This document shows, one piece after another, positions 20,465 to 29,216 of a DNA stretch of 64,000 nucleotides (within the stretch, counting starts at the first letter, position 1; every line of letters starts with the position of its first letter). The DNA comes from Actinomycetota bacterium (lineage in GTDB: Bacteria; Actinomycetota; Humimicrobiia; Humimicrobiales; Humimicrobiaceae). Location: assembly GCA_034660395.1 (NCBI GenBank), contig JAYEJA010000040.1, positions 4,434-68,433 on the forward strand. Direction: 5' to 3'. A model generated the notes under the pieces. That model did no database searches, was not told the origin of the DNA, and saw nothing but the letters and a program-made list of their open reading frames with translations. The translations under genes and the position numbers were made by a program.

Positions 20465-21372
20465 TGGTAAGGCCGAAGTATTTTTTTAGTGAAACCTTTA
20501 TCAGTCTGAGAAGAAACTTCTTTATGGGGTTTACTGCCATTACTACTGTAGCCATTACGCTATTTATAGTAGGCTTATTTTCCCTGATAGTATATGACAT
20601 CCAGGGTGTAATAAATTCGGTAAAGAGTGAAGTGGAGCTGGAAGTTTATCTTGAAGACGATATCTCCGAAGAGCTGAGGGACTTTATAGAGCAGGAGGTA
20701 TTAAGCTGGCAAGAAGTTGATTCCATAAATTATGTATCAAAAGAGCAGGCACTGGAAAGTTTTAAGAAACAGTATGAAGGAAGTGATATTTTAAAGGAGA
20801 TCGGAGGTAATCCCCTGCCGGCTTCTTTTGAGATAACCTTAAAAAGCCCCGAGAAAATAGACCGGGTGGCACTGCGCTTCTATGATAAGGATGGTAATTT
20901 CATAGAGGGAGTTAATGATGTAATATGGGGGAAGGATTACGTCAATAAACTTTTTTCGATAACTGCAATAATAGGTACGGTGGCATTTCTTATAATAATA
21001 GTGCTGCTGCTGGCAGCTATTGTCCTGATATTCAATACCATAAGACTCTCAATTTATTCACGCCGTAAGGAAATAGAGGTTATGAAGCTTGTCGGTGCAA
21101 CTAACTGGTTTGTAAGGATACCTTTCCTGTTTGAAGGTTTTTTTGAAGGATTTGCAGGAGGCACTGTCTCTGTGATACTGCTTTATTTTATTGGTAATTT
21201 CTTGCTTGTAAAAGGGGAAAGGATAATCGCGGATACCATGCGGATTAAAGAACTTGCAATGATTGGAAGCGGGAATGTTATTTTCTACGTATATATAGGT
21301 ATAGTTGTAATGGGAGGGCTTATTGGAATTTTAAGCAGTACTATTGCCCTGAGGGGATATGTCAAGATTTAA
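20464..21372 (+). CDS. ftsX: Cell-division permease-like protein FtsX
   Basis: KYFFSETFISLRRN N-terminus, four TM segments, ATGA overlap with ftsE. Confidence 0.85.
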   Translation: MVRPKYFFSETFISLRRNFFMGFTAITTVAITLFIVGLFSLIVYDIQGVINSVKSEVELEVYLEDDISEELRDFIEQEVLSWQEVDSINYVSKEQALESFKKQYEGSDILKEIGGNPLPASFEITLKSPEKIDRVALRFYDKDGNFIEGVNDVIWGKDYVNKLFSITAIIGTVAFLIIIVLLLAAIVLIFNTIRLSIYSRRKEIEVMKLVGATNWFVRIPFLFEGFFEGFAGGTVSVILLYFIGNFLLVKGERIIADTMRIKELAMIGSGNVIFYVYIGIVVMGGLIGILSSTIALRGYVKI

Positions 21373-21444
21373 TGCTGTCAAAACCGGGAGTTTTAAATTT
21401 TTAAAAAAAAGTATTAAAATAGTTATAATAAAAAATGAAATAGA

Positions 21445-22623
21445 ATGATGAGTAAAAGTAAAAACATTATAGCCATATTTATAGCAATAATTATGACACT
21501 CTCCAGCTTCGGTATTGTGTTTATTTCCGCGCCGGCGCCTGTATATGCCCAGACTCTTGAAGAGGAGCTGGAGCAGATACAGCAGGAAAGAGAAGAAACA
21601 CAGGAAAAAATCAAGGAAGCCAAAGAATCTGAAAAACGGTATAAGAATGAGGTAAATCAGGTAGAGGAAGAGCTGCTGGGCGCATTATCGGACCTGGATG
21701 GCCTTAATAACCGGCTGGCCGAGGCAAAAAGCGAATTTGACAGGACCACAATAGAAATGGTTTTAAAAGAAGAAGAGCTAAAGAACATAGAAGGCGAGCT
21801 TGATGAGAGCGTAAATATATTAAACAAGAGAGTTGCCGCCATTTATAAAAATGGGAAGGGTAATATACTCGAAATTCTACTCAAGGCGGAAGATTTTCTG
21901 GATTTTATATCCCGGCTCAAACTTATGAACCTTTTTGCAGAGCAGGACACACAGCAGGTCCTTTCAATTAAGGAAAAGAGAGATGCAACCATAGGAATAA
22001 AAAAATCTATAATAGATTTAAGGGATAGACAGGAAGATTACAGGGACAGGGTCGAAAAATTTGTAGCGCAGGCGGAAGAGAAAGCAAATGAAGTTGAAGG
22101 CATATATGATGAAAAGAAAAATTTGCTTTCAAGAACCACTGCCAATAAGAATGCTCTTATCAGGATGGAGAAAGAGCTTGAGATCAAGGAAGCGGAAGTT
22201 AAGAGAATTCTTGAGAGCTATAAATATGGAACTGCACCCTCCGGCAAATTCATGTGGCCTGTGGCAGGAAGGATAACATCCAGATTTGGTTACAGAATCC
22301 ACCCTATATTCGGGGTAAGGAGATTCCATACAGGAATAGATATCGCAGCTCCCTATGGAACACTGGTAAAATCTGCGGACGGGGGGCAGGTCATCCAGGC
22401 AGGATATTTCGGGGGATACGGCTACTCCATTATGGTCTATCACGGTGGAGGTTTCGCTACCTGGTATGCCCATCTTTCAAGCATCAATGTTTCTGTGGGG
22501 CAGTTTGTTGAGAGGGGGCAGGTGATAGGGCTGGTTGGCTCTACGGGATGGAGTACCGGTCCGCATCTACATTTCGAGGTGAGGATAAACGGAAACGCCA
22601 AGGACCCCATGGGTTATCTGTAA
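21445..22623 (+). CDS. M23 peptidase with an N-terminal coiled coil (EnvC-like murein hydrolase activator)
   Basis: Signal peptide, long coiled-coil region, C-terminal HxxxD..HLHFE M23 motifs. Downstream of ftsEX. Confidence 0.8.
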   Translation: MMSKSKNIIAIFIAIIMTLSSFGIVFISAPAPVYAQTLEEELEQIQQEREETQEKIKEAKESEKRYKNEVNQVEEELLGALSDLDGLNNRLAEAKSEFDRTTIEMVLKEEELKNIEGELDESVNILNKRVAAIYKNGKGNILEILLKAEDFLDFISRLKLMNLFAEQDTQQVLSIKEKRDATIGIKKSIIDLRDRQEDYRDRVEKFVAQAEEKANEVEGIYDEKKNLLSRTTANKNALIRMEKELEIKEAEVKRILESYKYGTAPSGKFMWPVAGRITSRFGYRIHPIFGVRRFHTGIDIAAPYGTLVKSADGGQVIQAGYFGGYGYSIMVYHGGGFATWYAHLSSINVSVGQFVERGQVIGLVGSTGWSTGPHLHFEVRINGNAKDPMGYL

Positions 22624-22680
22624 GGGTTAATTAAAGAATTTAAATAATTGGATTGGAATAGGAAAGGCGATGTTTATTAA

Positions 22681-23934
22681 GTGAAAAAAATTGTTCTGAA
22701 AATAGTAATATATGCTGTAGTCATTATATTTGTATTTTCCACCGGCTTATGGACCGGTGTTAGCTGCAGTTATATAAGAGATTACACAGAAGAGCTGCTT
22801 GGCAGTATTACCGGGAATAGTAGTATCGATAATGGAAATGGTATTGACAGCCCGGAGGGTACTGGTAATGTGCAGAATATAGAGCCGATTATGGATGCCC
22901 TGGATTTGATTTCAGGTAATTCGATATCGGAGAAAAATGAAGAGGAGCTGGTAAGGTCAGCCCTGGAAGGCATGCTGTCAACCCTTGATGACAAGTATTC
23001 GGATTATTTTACCGAAGAAGAATACAGACTTATTATGGAGTCCTATAACGGCACAATAAGCGGTATTGGTGTCGTTGTCACTCTTGATGAAGAAGAAAGG
23101 GTAATAGTTGTGAGGGTTCTTGAGGGTACACCCGCTTCTAAAACTGATATTAAGGCAGGCGACATCATATCCGGTGTTGAACATACGGATATAAAAAGTA
23201 TGGAACTTGAGAAGGTAGTGGCTATGATTAAGGGAGAAACGGGAACCGAAGTTGACCTTGAATTTTACAGGCCTTCCGATGACAGCAGCTATGAATTAAC
23301 TATTACCAGGGCTAAATTTGATGTTCCCAACTTGATATCAGAGAGTTATGAGGAAGATATAGGTTATATCTGGTATTATGATTTTCAAATGAGCGGAGTT
23401 GACCAGCTTGACAGGGAAGTACAGGAATTAATTGATGACGGTATGAAGGGCCTGATACTGGATTTAAGAAACAATCCGGGCGGCGCATGGGATGATGCTA
23501 TTGAAGTTTGCGACCTGTTTATAGATGAGGGAATGATTGTCACTGTCAAGGGCAGGCTGGATGGTAGGGAGAGGATTGATGAGTATTTTGCCCGTGAAGG
23601 TAAATATACGGAAATTCCCATTATAGTTCTAATTAACGGCTATTCGGCAAGCGCTTCGGAGCTGGTAGCAGGTGCATTAAAGGATAATGACAGAGCTGTG
23701 TTGATAGGTGAGAAAAGTTATGGCAAAGGTGCTGTCCAGGCGCTTTACGGACTTTCAGACGGGTCAGGAATAAAATTCACCACGGCAAAGTATTTTTTAC
23801 CATCCGGGATTTCTGTAGAAGGGGTCGGGGTAAAGCCCGATATAGTAGTTGAGCTTGAGCTGGATGCGGAGGAAGATGTTCAGCTCAACAGGGCTATAGA
23901 AGAGATGGAAATACTTATAAGCGAGATTGAATGA
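22681..23934 (+). CDS. ctpA: Carboxyl-terminal processing protease (S41)
   Basis: PDZ domain plus an S41 catalytic core (LDLRNNPGG, GYSASASE). Confidence 0.85.
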   Translation: MKKIVLKIVIYAVVIIFVFSTGLWTGVSCSYIRDYTEELLGSITGNSSIDNGNGIDSPEGTGNVQNIEPIMDALDLISGNSISEKNEEELVRSALEGMLSTLDDKYSDYFTEEEYRLIMESYNGTISGIGVVVTLDEEERVIVVRVLEGTPASKTDIKAGDIISGVEHTDIKSMELEKVVAMIKGETGTEVDLEFYRPSDDSSYELTITRAKFDVPNLISESYEEDIGYIWYYDFQMSGVDQLDREVQELIDDGMKGLILDLRNNPGGAWDDAIEVCDLFIDEGMIVTVKGRLDGRERIDEYFAREGKYTEIPIIVLINGYSASASELVAGALKDNDRAVLIGEKSYGKGAVQALYGLSDGSGIKFTTAKYFLPSGISVEGVGVKPDIVVELELDAEEDVQLNRAIEEMEILISEIE

Positions 23935-24419
23935 TTAAAAAAAAAGATAAAAAAAGTCCTGAAAAAAACACGGCAGTAGTTGCCCGGAATAAAAAGGCCT
24001 TTAGAAATTTTTTTATCCTTAATACCTATGAGGCAGGTATAGCGCTGGAGGGATGCGAGGTTAAGTCGGTCCGCAACCACAGGGTGAATTTAAAGGATAG
24101 CTATGCCCGGGTAAAAGGTGCGCAGCTATTTCTTTATAATATGCATATATCTCCCTACAGCAAGGGCAGGACCGAGGATATAAATCCAACGAGGACAAGA
24201 AAACTGCTCATGCACAAAAAGGAGATAGGGAAGATAGCAGGTAAATTAACCGACAGGAGTCTAACCCTTGTTCCGTTAAGTGTATATTTAAAAAAAAATC
24301 TGGTTAAGGTGGAACTGGCGCTTGCAAGGGGCAAACTTAAGAGAGACAAGCGCCGGGATATACAGGACAGGGAACATGAGATTGAAATAAAAAGAGCTTT
24401 GAAAAATCGTAAGTTTTGA
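23931..24419 (+). CDS. smpB: SsrA-binding protein
   Basis: ARNKKAFRNFFIL..GIALEGCEVKS SmpB motifs. Immediately upstream of tmRNA. Confidence 0.9.
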   Translation: MIKKKDKKSPEKNTAVVARNKKAFRNFFILNTYEAGIALEGCEVKSVRNHRVNLKDSYARVKGAQLFLYNMHISPYSKGRTEDINPTRTRKLLMHKKEIGKIAGKLTDRSLTLVPLSVYLKKNLVKVELALARGKLKRDKRRDIQDREHEIEIKRALKNRKF

Positions 24420-24465
24420 TATAAAATAAGCTGGTGTTAAAAATAGAGTAATACCCTCAAGTAAA

Positions 24466-24815
24466 GGGGGCGACCTGGGTTCGACGGGGATAGGTTGAGC
24501 TTAAGTTGCAAGCCGAGTATCAGAACTCGTAAATAACTGAACCATAAATAAACGCTAATAATAAATTAGCATTAGCAGCCTAATTTAAGCTGCTACGTCT
24601 GTGAAGGGTTTCCTGCGCTTTTCAACAGGCGCCGATTAGCAGGATACTCCGGCATGATTTGTCTGCAGTAGTGCCGGGGGAAGTTTTATGCGGACTGGCT
24701 TTTTTAACCGTGTCCATACGGGTGAAAAAGTGAGAATTTAAAATGTGGACTAAGCTTGTAGATATTTAAGTGGCGATGTCTTCGGACGCGGGTTCGATTC
24801 CCGCCGCCTCCACCA
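24466..24815 (+). ncRNA. ssrA: tmRNA (transfer-messenger RNA)
   Basis: 5' GGGGGCGACCTGGGTTCGACGGGG. 3' GGACGCGGGTTCGATTCCCGCCGCCTCCACCA (tRNA-Ala-like T-arm and acceptor with encoded CCA). Internal tag ORF GCT AAT AAT AAA TTA GCA TTA GCA GCC TAA, giving (A)NNKLALAA. Confidence 0.9.
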
Positions 24816-25134
24816 TTGATTGGGCTCTTCACCAACAAACGGGGCAGCCCGCTCCCTAACAGCATAGCGCTCTCACTCTTAATCTATAGTTTTCAAAGTT
24901 TTAAGCTTGTTAATAGAAATAAATATATAAATACTATTATGGTATCTTTCTTAAATTTCTCCTAATTATACCAAATCCCCTGTCAAAGCTCTGGATTATA
25001 AGAAAAAATCAAACTATAATAAAAAAAGGATTTGAAAATTCAATTTAGGGAATAAATCTATATAAGAAAGGCATTTTTACTTATTAATCTTTAAAAAAAT
25101 TTATTTCTATTTAATTTTGAAAGGGAGTTAAGGT

Positions 25135-26877
25135 ATGAAAGGAAAAGCGGTAAACAGGGGTATTGAAAATGTAAGGAAAAAGGGAAGCAGGGTTTTTAGT
25201 GAAGGAGCTCATATGCTTCCGGGAGTATCACTTATGCTTGCCGAGGGCGTTATTGGCTCCTTAAAAGACATAAAAAAACCTTTTATTACCATAGTAAATT
25301 CTTATACAACACAGATTCCAGGCCATGCTCATCTTGATAAGCTGGGCGCTGTTTTAAAGGAAGAACTGGAGAAAAGCGGTGTTAATGTATGGTACACGAA
25401 TATAGGTGGAGCAGTTTGTGATGGAATAGCCATGGGGCACTTTGGGATGAAATACTCCCTGCCCTCAAGGGAATTAATTACCGACCAGATCGAAACCATT
25501 ATTGGCGCGCATCCGCCCGATGCGTGGATAGGGCTGGGTAACTGCGATAAGATTGTTCCTGCGATGTATAATGCCATGGTCAGGATTAATATCCCATCCA
25601 TATATGTAAGCGGCGGCCCGATGCTATGTGGTGAAAATAATACTGATTTAATTTCGGTTTTTGAAGCCGTGGGAAGGTACAGCTCGGGGAAGATGAAGAA
25701 AAAGGAGCTGGAGAAGCTGGCTGAATATGCATGTCCCGGCTATGGAAGCTGTGCTGGAATGTTTACTGCAAATTCAATGAATAGCCTGGGAGAGGTGCTG
25801 GGCTTTGCCCTGCCCGGAAACGGCTCAATACCTGCAACAACGAGAATGAAGGGGGAAAGAAGGCAGTTTAAGATAAACCCGGATAGGATAAATCTTGTAA
25901 GGGAAGCGGCAGACAAGGTTATATATCTCGTGAAAAATAAGATAAGGCCGATGGATATCTTAAGCAGGAAATCCATTGATAATGCCTTTATTCTGGACCT
26001 TGCAATGGGCGGCTCGACAAATACCGTTTTGCACCTTCTGGCCCTGGCGCATGAAGCAGGTATCGGGTACAACCTTAATTACATTAACAGGCTGGCAAAA
26101 ACAACACCCAACGTGGTTAAGGTTTCACCTTCAAGGCCTGAAATTCACATGGAAGACATTAACAGAGTAGGAGGAATGGGTGCCATACTTAAAGCTGTTT
26201 ATGACAGCGGAAAATCAAAGCTTGATCTTGAGGCCGAAACTGTTTACGGGAAACTTGGCGATTATGTATTAAAATCTCCCTTACCTGACGGTGAAGTAAT
26301 CCGCACGGCGGAAAATGCCTTTTCTCCTGAAGGAGGTCTTGCAGTCCTTTTTGGAAATATAGCCAAAAATGGCTCCGTAGTTAAAACAAGCGGTGTAGAT
26401 GAGGATATGCTGAAGTTTGAAGGTAAGGCGCTTGTATACGATTCACAGGAGGAAGCGCTTAAAGCCATACTGGAAAATAAGGTTAAGGATGGGGATGTAG
26501 TGGTAATCCGCTATGAAGGCCCTAAAGGAGGTCCGGGGATGCAGGAGATGCTTTCTCCCACTGCGGCAATAAGGGGAGCAGATATAAAGGCGGCCCTTAT
26601 TACCGATGGGCGTTTTTCCGGTGGTACAAGGGGCCTGTGTATCGGTCACGTTTCCCCGGAAGCGGCAGGCGGCGGTGAAATAGGACTGATTAAAAAGGGT
26701 GATATAATTGAGATAGATGTTGGTAAAAATAAGATAAATGTAAGGGTTTCAGAAAAAGAGCTGAATGAAAGAAGAAAGAAGGCCGTACCTTTCAAGTCAA
26801 AGGTTAAGGGAGGCTGGCTGGCAAGATATTCAAAATTTGTGGAGAGCGCAGATAAGGGAGCTATTATGTCGCTCTGA
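25135..26877 (+). CDS. ilvD: Dihydroxy-acid dehydratase
   Basis: 580 aa. ILVD/EDD signatures CDKIVPAM and CPGYGSCAGMFTANSMN. SD GGGAG. Confidence 0.85.
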   Translation: MKGKAVNRGIENVRKKGSRVFSEGAHMLPGVSLMLAEGVIGSLKDIKKPFITIVNSYTTQIPGHAHLDKLGAVLKEELEKSGVNVWYTNIGGAVCDGIAMGHFGMKYSLPSRELITDQIETIIGAHPPDAWIGLGNCDKIVPAMYNAMVRINIPSIYVSGGPMLCGENNTDLISVFEAVGRYSSGKMKKKELEKLAEYACPGYGSCAGMFTANSMNSLGEVLGFALPGNGSIPATTRMKGERRQFKINPDRINLVREAADKVIYLVKNKIRPMDILSRKSIDNAFILDLAMGGSTNTVLHLLALAHEAGIGYNLNYINRLAKTTPNVVKVSPSRPEIHMEDINRVGGMGAILKAVYDSGKSKLDLEAETVYGKLGDYVLKSPLPDGEVIRTAENAFSPEGGLAVLFGNIAKNGSVVKTSGVDEDMLKFEGKALVYDSQEEALKAILENKVKDGDVVVIRYEGPKGGPGMQEMLSPTAAIRGADIKAALITDGRFSGGTRGLCIGHVSPEAAGGGEIGLIKKGDIIEIDVGKNKINVRVSEKELNERRKKAVPFKSKVKGGWLARYSKFVESADKGAIMSL

Positions 26878-26936
26878 TTTGATAAAACAGGGGAGAGAAG
26901 CAATCTGGCCTGAAATTATTATTTAAGGGAGGTCAA

Positions 26937-27194
26937 ATGATTACGGTAAAAAAGGAAAACGATAATAAATTTCTGGTAACCGTAGAAGAAGGGGGCAGCA
27001 GTACGGAGCATGCCGTTAATCTGGATGATGAATATTACAGGGACCTGACGGGCGGTGAAATTGCGAGGGAGGAACTGATAAGGAAATCTTTTAAATTCCT
27101 ACTTGAAAGAGAACCCAAAGAATCCATACTCCCACAATTTAATTTAGGGATTTATATACTTATAAACACTAAATTAATTTATAATAAGTGTTAA
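26937..27194 (+). pseudogene. Small hypothetical gene whose 3' end is interrupted by the IS1595-family element. The native C-terminus resumes after 29939.
   Basis: The ORF reads through the IS left IR. Rejoining the flanks across the 8-bp TSD restores ...PQFNLNIIKSYFPEYEREIKI*, ending at 29990. Confidence 0.5.
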
Positions 27195-27201
27195 TAAGTA
27201 C

Positions 27202-27230
27202 TTGACAACACTATTATTTAGTGTTATTAT
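27202..27230 (+). promoter_or_regulatory. Sigma-70-type promoter of the transposase (TTGACA-17-TATTAT). A palindrome ACACTAttattTAGTGT fills the spacer. The -10 lies 6 nt from the ATG (leaderless).
   Basis: Read directly. The ACACTA/TAGTGT motif also forms the inner ends of both IRs and occurs at 27188..27193. Confidence 0.6.
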
Positions 27231-27236
27231 ATACTC

Positions 27237-28160
27237 ATGATGAACGATAAAAATAAAACAAAAGAAATGAGTATAATAGATTTTCTAACAAAAAGATTTC
27301 CGGATGAGGAAACAGCAGTAGATTTTTTTGCTAAAAAGCGTTGGGGTAACAAAATTACCTGTCCTTATTGTGGAAGTAGTAAAGTATATCACGTAAAAGG
27401 AAATCAACCATATAAATGTGGAAATTGCAACTTTAAATTTACAGTAAAGACAGGTACAATAATGGAAGGTAGCCACATAAAAGTAAGGACTTGGTTATTA
27501 GCAATGTACATTATGGGAACAACACGGAAAGGTATATCTTCTATTCAGCTTGCAAAACAACTTGGAGTAACCCAAAAGACAGCTTGGTATATGGCACATA
27601 GAATAAGAGAAGCTTGTAATAATTATGAGAAGATGAAAGGTATTATAGAAGTAGATGAGGCATATTTCGGTGGAAAAGAAAAAAACAAACATCATAGCAA
27701 AAAATATAACAAAGGACGCGGGGTTGCTAATAAAACAGCGGTTGCTGGATTAAAAGAGAGAAATGGAAAGTTTATGGCAAGGGTTTTAAAAGATACAAGT
27801 TCTTATACGTTGCAGGGTTTAATCCAAAAGAATGTAGTACCAAATTCAGCAGTATTTACTGATGATTTTCTATCATATATTGGATTGGAAAATAAAGGAT
27901 TTAAACATCAATCGGTAAAACATAGTGCTAATGAATATGTGGATGGCATAGCTCATACAAATGAGATTGAAAGCTTTTGGGCTCTGTTAAAGCGTGGTGT
28001 ATATGGAACATATCATTTTGTTAGTGTAAAACACTTACAACGCTATGTAAATGAATTCTGTTTTAGGGCAAACAATGGCAATACGGCATTATCTTTTGTG
28101 GATGCTATTTGCTTAAAAGCAAATATGAAAAATATAAAATATAAGGAATTGATAGCTTAA
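27237..28160 (+). CDS. IS1595-family (ISXO2-like DDE) transposase
   Basis: N-terminal zinc finger CPYCGSSK..CGNCNF. Family-typical blocks EVDEAYFGGK, VFTDDFLSY, HTNEIESFWALLKR. Confidence 0.9.
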   Translation: MMNDKNKTKEMSIIDFLTKRFPDEETAVDFFAKKRWGNKITCPYCGSSKVYHVKGNQPYKCGNCNFKFTVKTGTIMEGSHIKVRTWLLAMYIMGTTRKGISSIQLAKQLGVTQKTAWYMAHRIREACNNYEKMKGIIEVDEAYFGGKEKNKHHSKKYNKGRGVANKTAVAGLKERNGKFMARVLKDTSSYTLQGLIQKNVVPNSAVFTDDFLSYIGLENKGFKHQSVKHSANEYVDGIAHTNEIESFWALLKRGVYGTYHFVSVKHLQRYVNEFCFRANNGNTALSFVDAICLKANMKNIKYKELIA

Positions 28161-28954
28161 TGGTAAAGAAACAAATAATAAAACCCATAGAAAAAGATTT
28201 TGATGAAATAGTGGAAAGTGTTGGTAAACATAATCCTAAAAACAGGAATAATGTTTTCTCAAATATAAGAAATATTACACAACCAACATTAGAACTTGCG
28301 GATGGGTTAAAACTAAATGAAAAACAGAAAATGGACGGATTACAGCTTTTAAAAATGCTTGATAATAAAAGTATACCGCTTGTATTTTTTGACCCGCAAT
28401 ACCGAACAATTCTTGATAAACAAAATTATGGTAACGAGGGCGAGGGTAGACAAAAAGCGAGAGTTAAATTACCACAAATGAAAGAAAAAACAATTAAGCA
28501 ATTTATAAGAGAAATTGAGAGAATACTTATACCAAGTGGTCATTTAATGCTTTGGGTTGATAAATTTATAATTTGCAGTGGTATACATATTTTGCTTGAA
28601 GGGTCGTCACTTCAGCTTGTAGATATGGTAACTTGGAACAAAAACAAAATGGGTATGGGTTATAGGACAAGACGCTACAGTGAACATCTTATTATACTCC
28701 AGAAATTACCAGTAAGAGCAAAAGGGGTATGGCGTATTCACGATATACCAGATGTATGGACTGAAAAAATAAACAATGGAGATAAAAAGAATTATGTTCA
28801 TCCCAAACCAGTGGGGTTACAAAAACGATTAATAGAAGCTGTTACAAATAAAAATGATGTAATTGTTGACCCTGCTGCTGGTGGTTATTCGATATTGAGG
28901 GCTGCTAATGAAGTTGGGCGTAACTTTTTGGGGTGTGATATTATAGATATTTAA
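28160..28954 (+). CDS. Beta-class N6-adenine/N4-cytosine DNA methyltransferase (pfam N6_N4_Mtase-like), translationally coupled to the transposase
   Basis: Motif IV-like FFDPQY precedes motif I VIVDPAAGGYS. Conserved WNKNKMGMGYRTRRYSEHLIILQK block. The start ATG overlaps the transposase stop (TAATG). Confidence 0.75.
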   Translation: MVKKQIIKPIEKDFDEIVESVGKHNPKNRNNVFSNIRNITQPTLELADGLKLNEKQKMDGLQLLKMLDNKSIPLVFFDPQYRTILDKQNYGNEGEGRQKARVKLPQMKEKTIKQFIREIERILIPSGHLMLWVDKFIICSGIHILLEGSSLQLVDMVTWNKNKMGMGYRTRRYSEHLIILQKLPVRAKGVWRIHDIPDVWTEKINNGDKKNYVHPKPVGLQKRLIEAVTNKNDVIVDPAAGGYSILRAANEVGRNFLGCDIIDI

Positions 28955-29027
28955 AAGCTTGACATACACACTTTAATAATAGTAGAATTAAATTCAGAAA
29001 GTTATAGGGAGACAACCTATGAATCTG

Positions 29028-29061
29028 GGGCAATACTTAATTGGATTGCCCTTTTTCTTTT
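29028..29061 (+). terminator. Rho-independent terminator after the transposase-MTase transcript
   Basis: GGGCAAT-acttaattgg-ATTGCCC stem-loop followed by TTTTTCTTTT. Confidence 0.65.
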
Positions 29062-29150
29062 GGTGCGGATGGTGGGACTCGAACCCACACGAACCTATCG
29101 GCTCAACAGGGAGACAACCTATCGCGTCTACCAATTCCGCCACACCCGCA
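29061..29150 (-). tRNA. tRNA-like sequence (class II, Leu-type D-arm and long variable arm) with an aberrant anticodon loop. Probably a pseudo-tRNA or a captured tRNA fragment.
   Basis: Reverse complement is GCGGGTGTGGCGGAATTGGTAGACGCG-ATAGG-TTGTCTC-CCTGT-TGAGCCGATAGGTTCGT-GTGGGTTCGAGTCCCAC-CATCCGCACCA. Acceptor, D-, T- and variable arms are intact. The anticodon loop TTGTCTC has a pyrimidine at position 37 and an apparent anticodon GTC, which is inconsistent with a class II tRNA. Confidence 0.45.
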
Positions 29151-29216
29151 TAAATAGTAAATTTAATTCTATCATACTAAATTGTTATAATAAATAAATT
29201 ACAGTATAATAAGTAT

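Noticed and set aside
24816-25134. tmRNA 3' flank as an integration site for a genomic island
   Set aside because: No duplicated tmRNA 3'-end segment or integrase was found downstream. ilvD follows after a plain AT-rich spacer, and the nearby mobile element at 27147 has its own IS-type ends.
28961-28990. TTGACA-18-TAGAAT promoter-like sequence just after the MTase stop
   Set aside because: Nothing but the terminator hairpin lies downstream on that strand. It is probably chance in AT-rich DNA.
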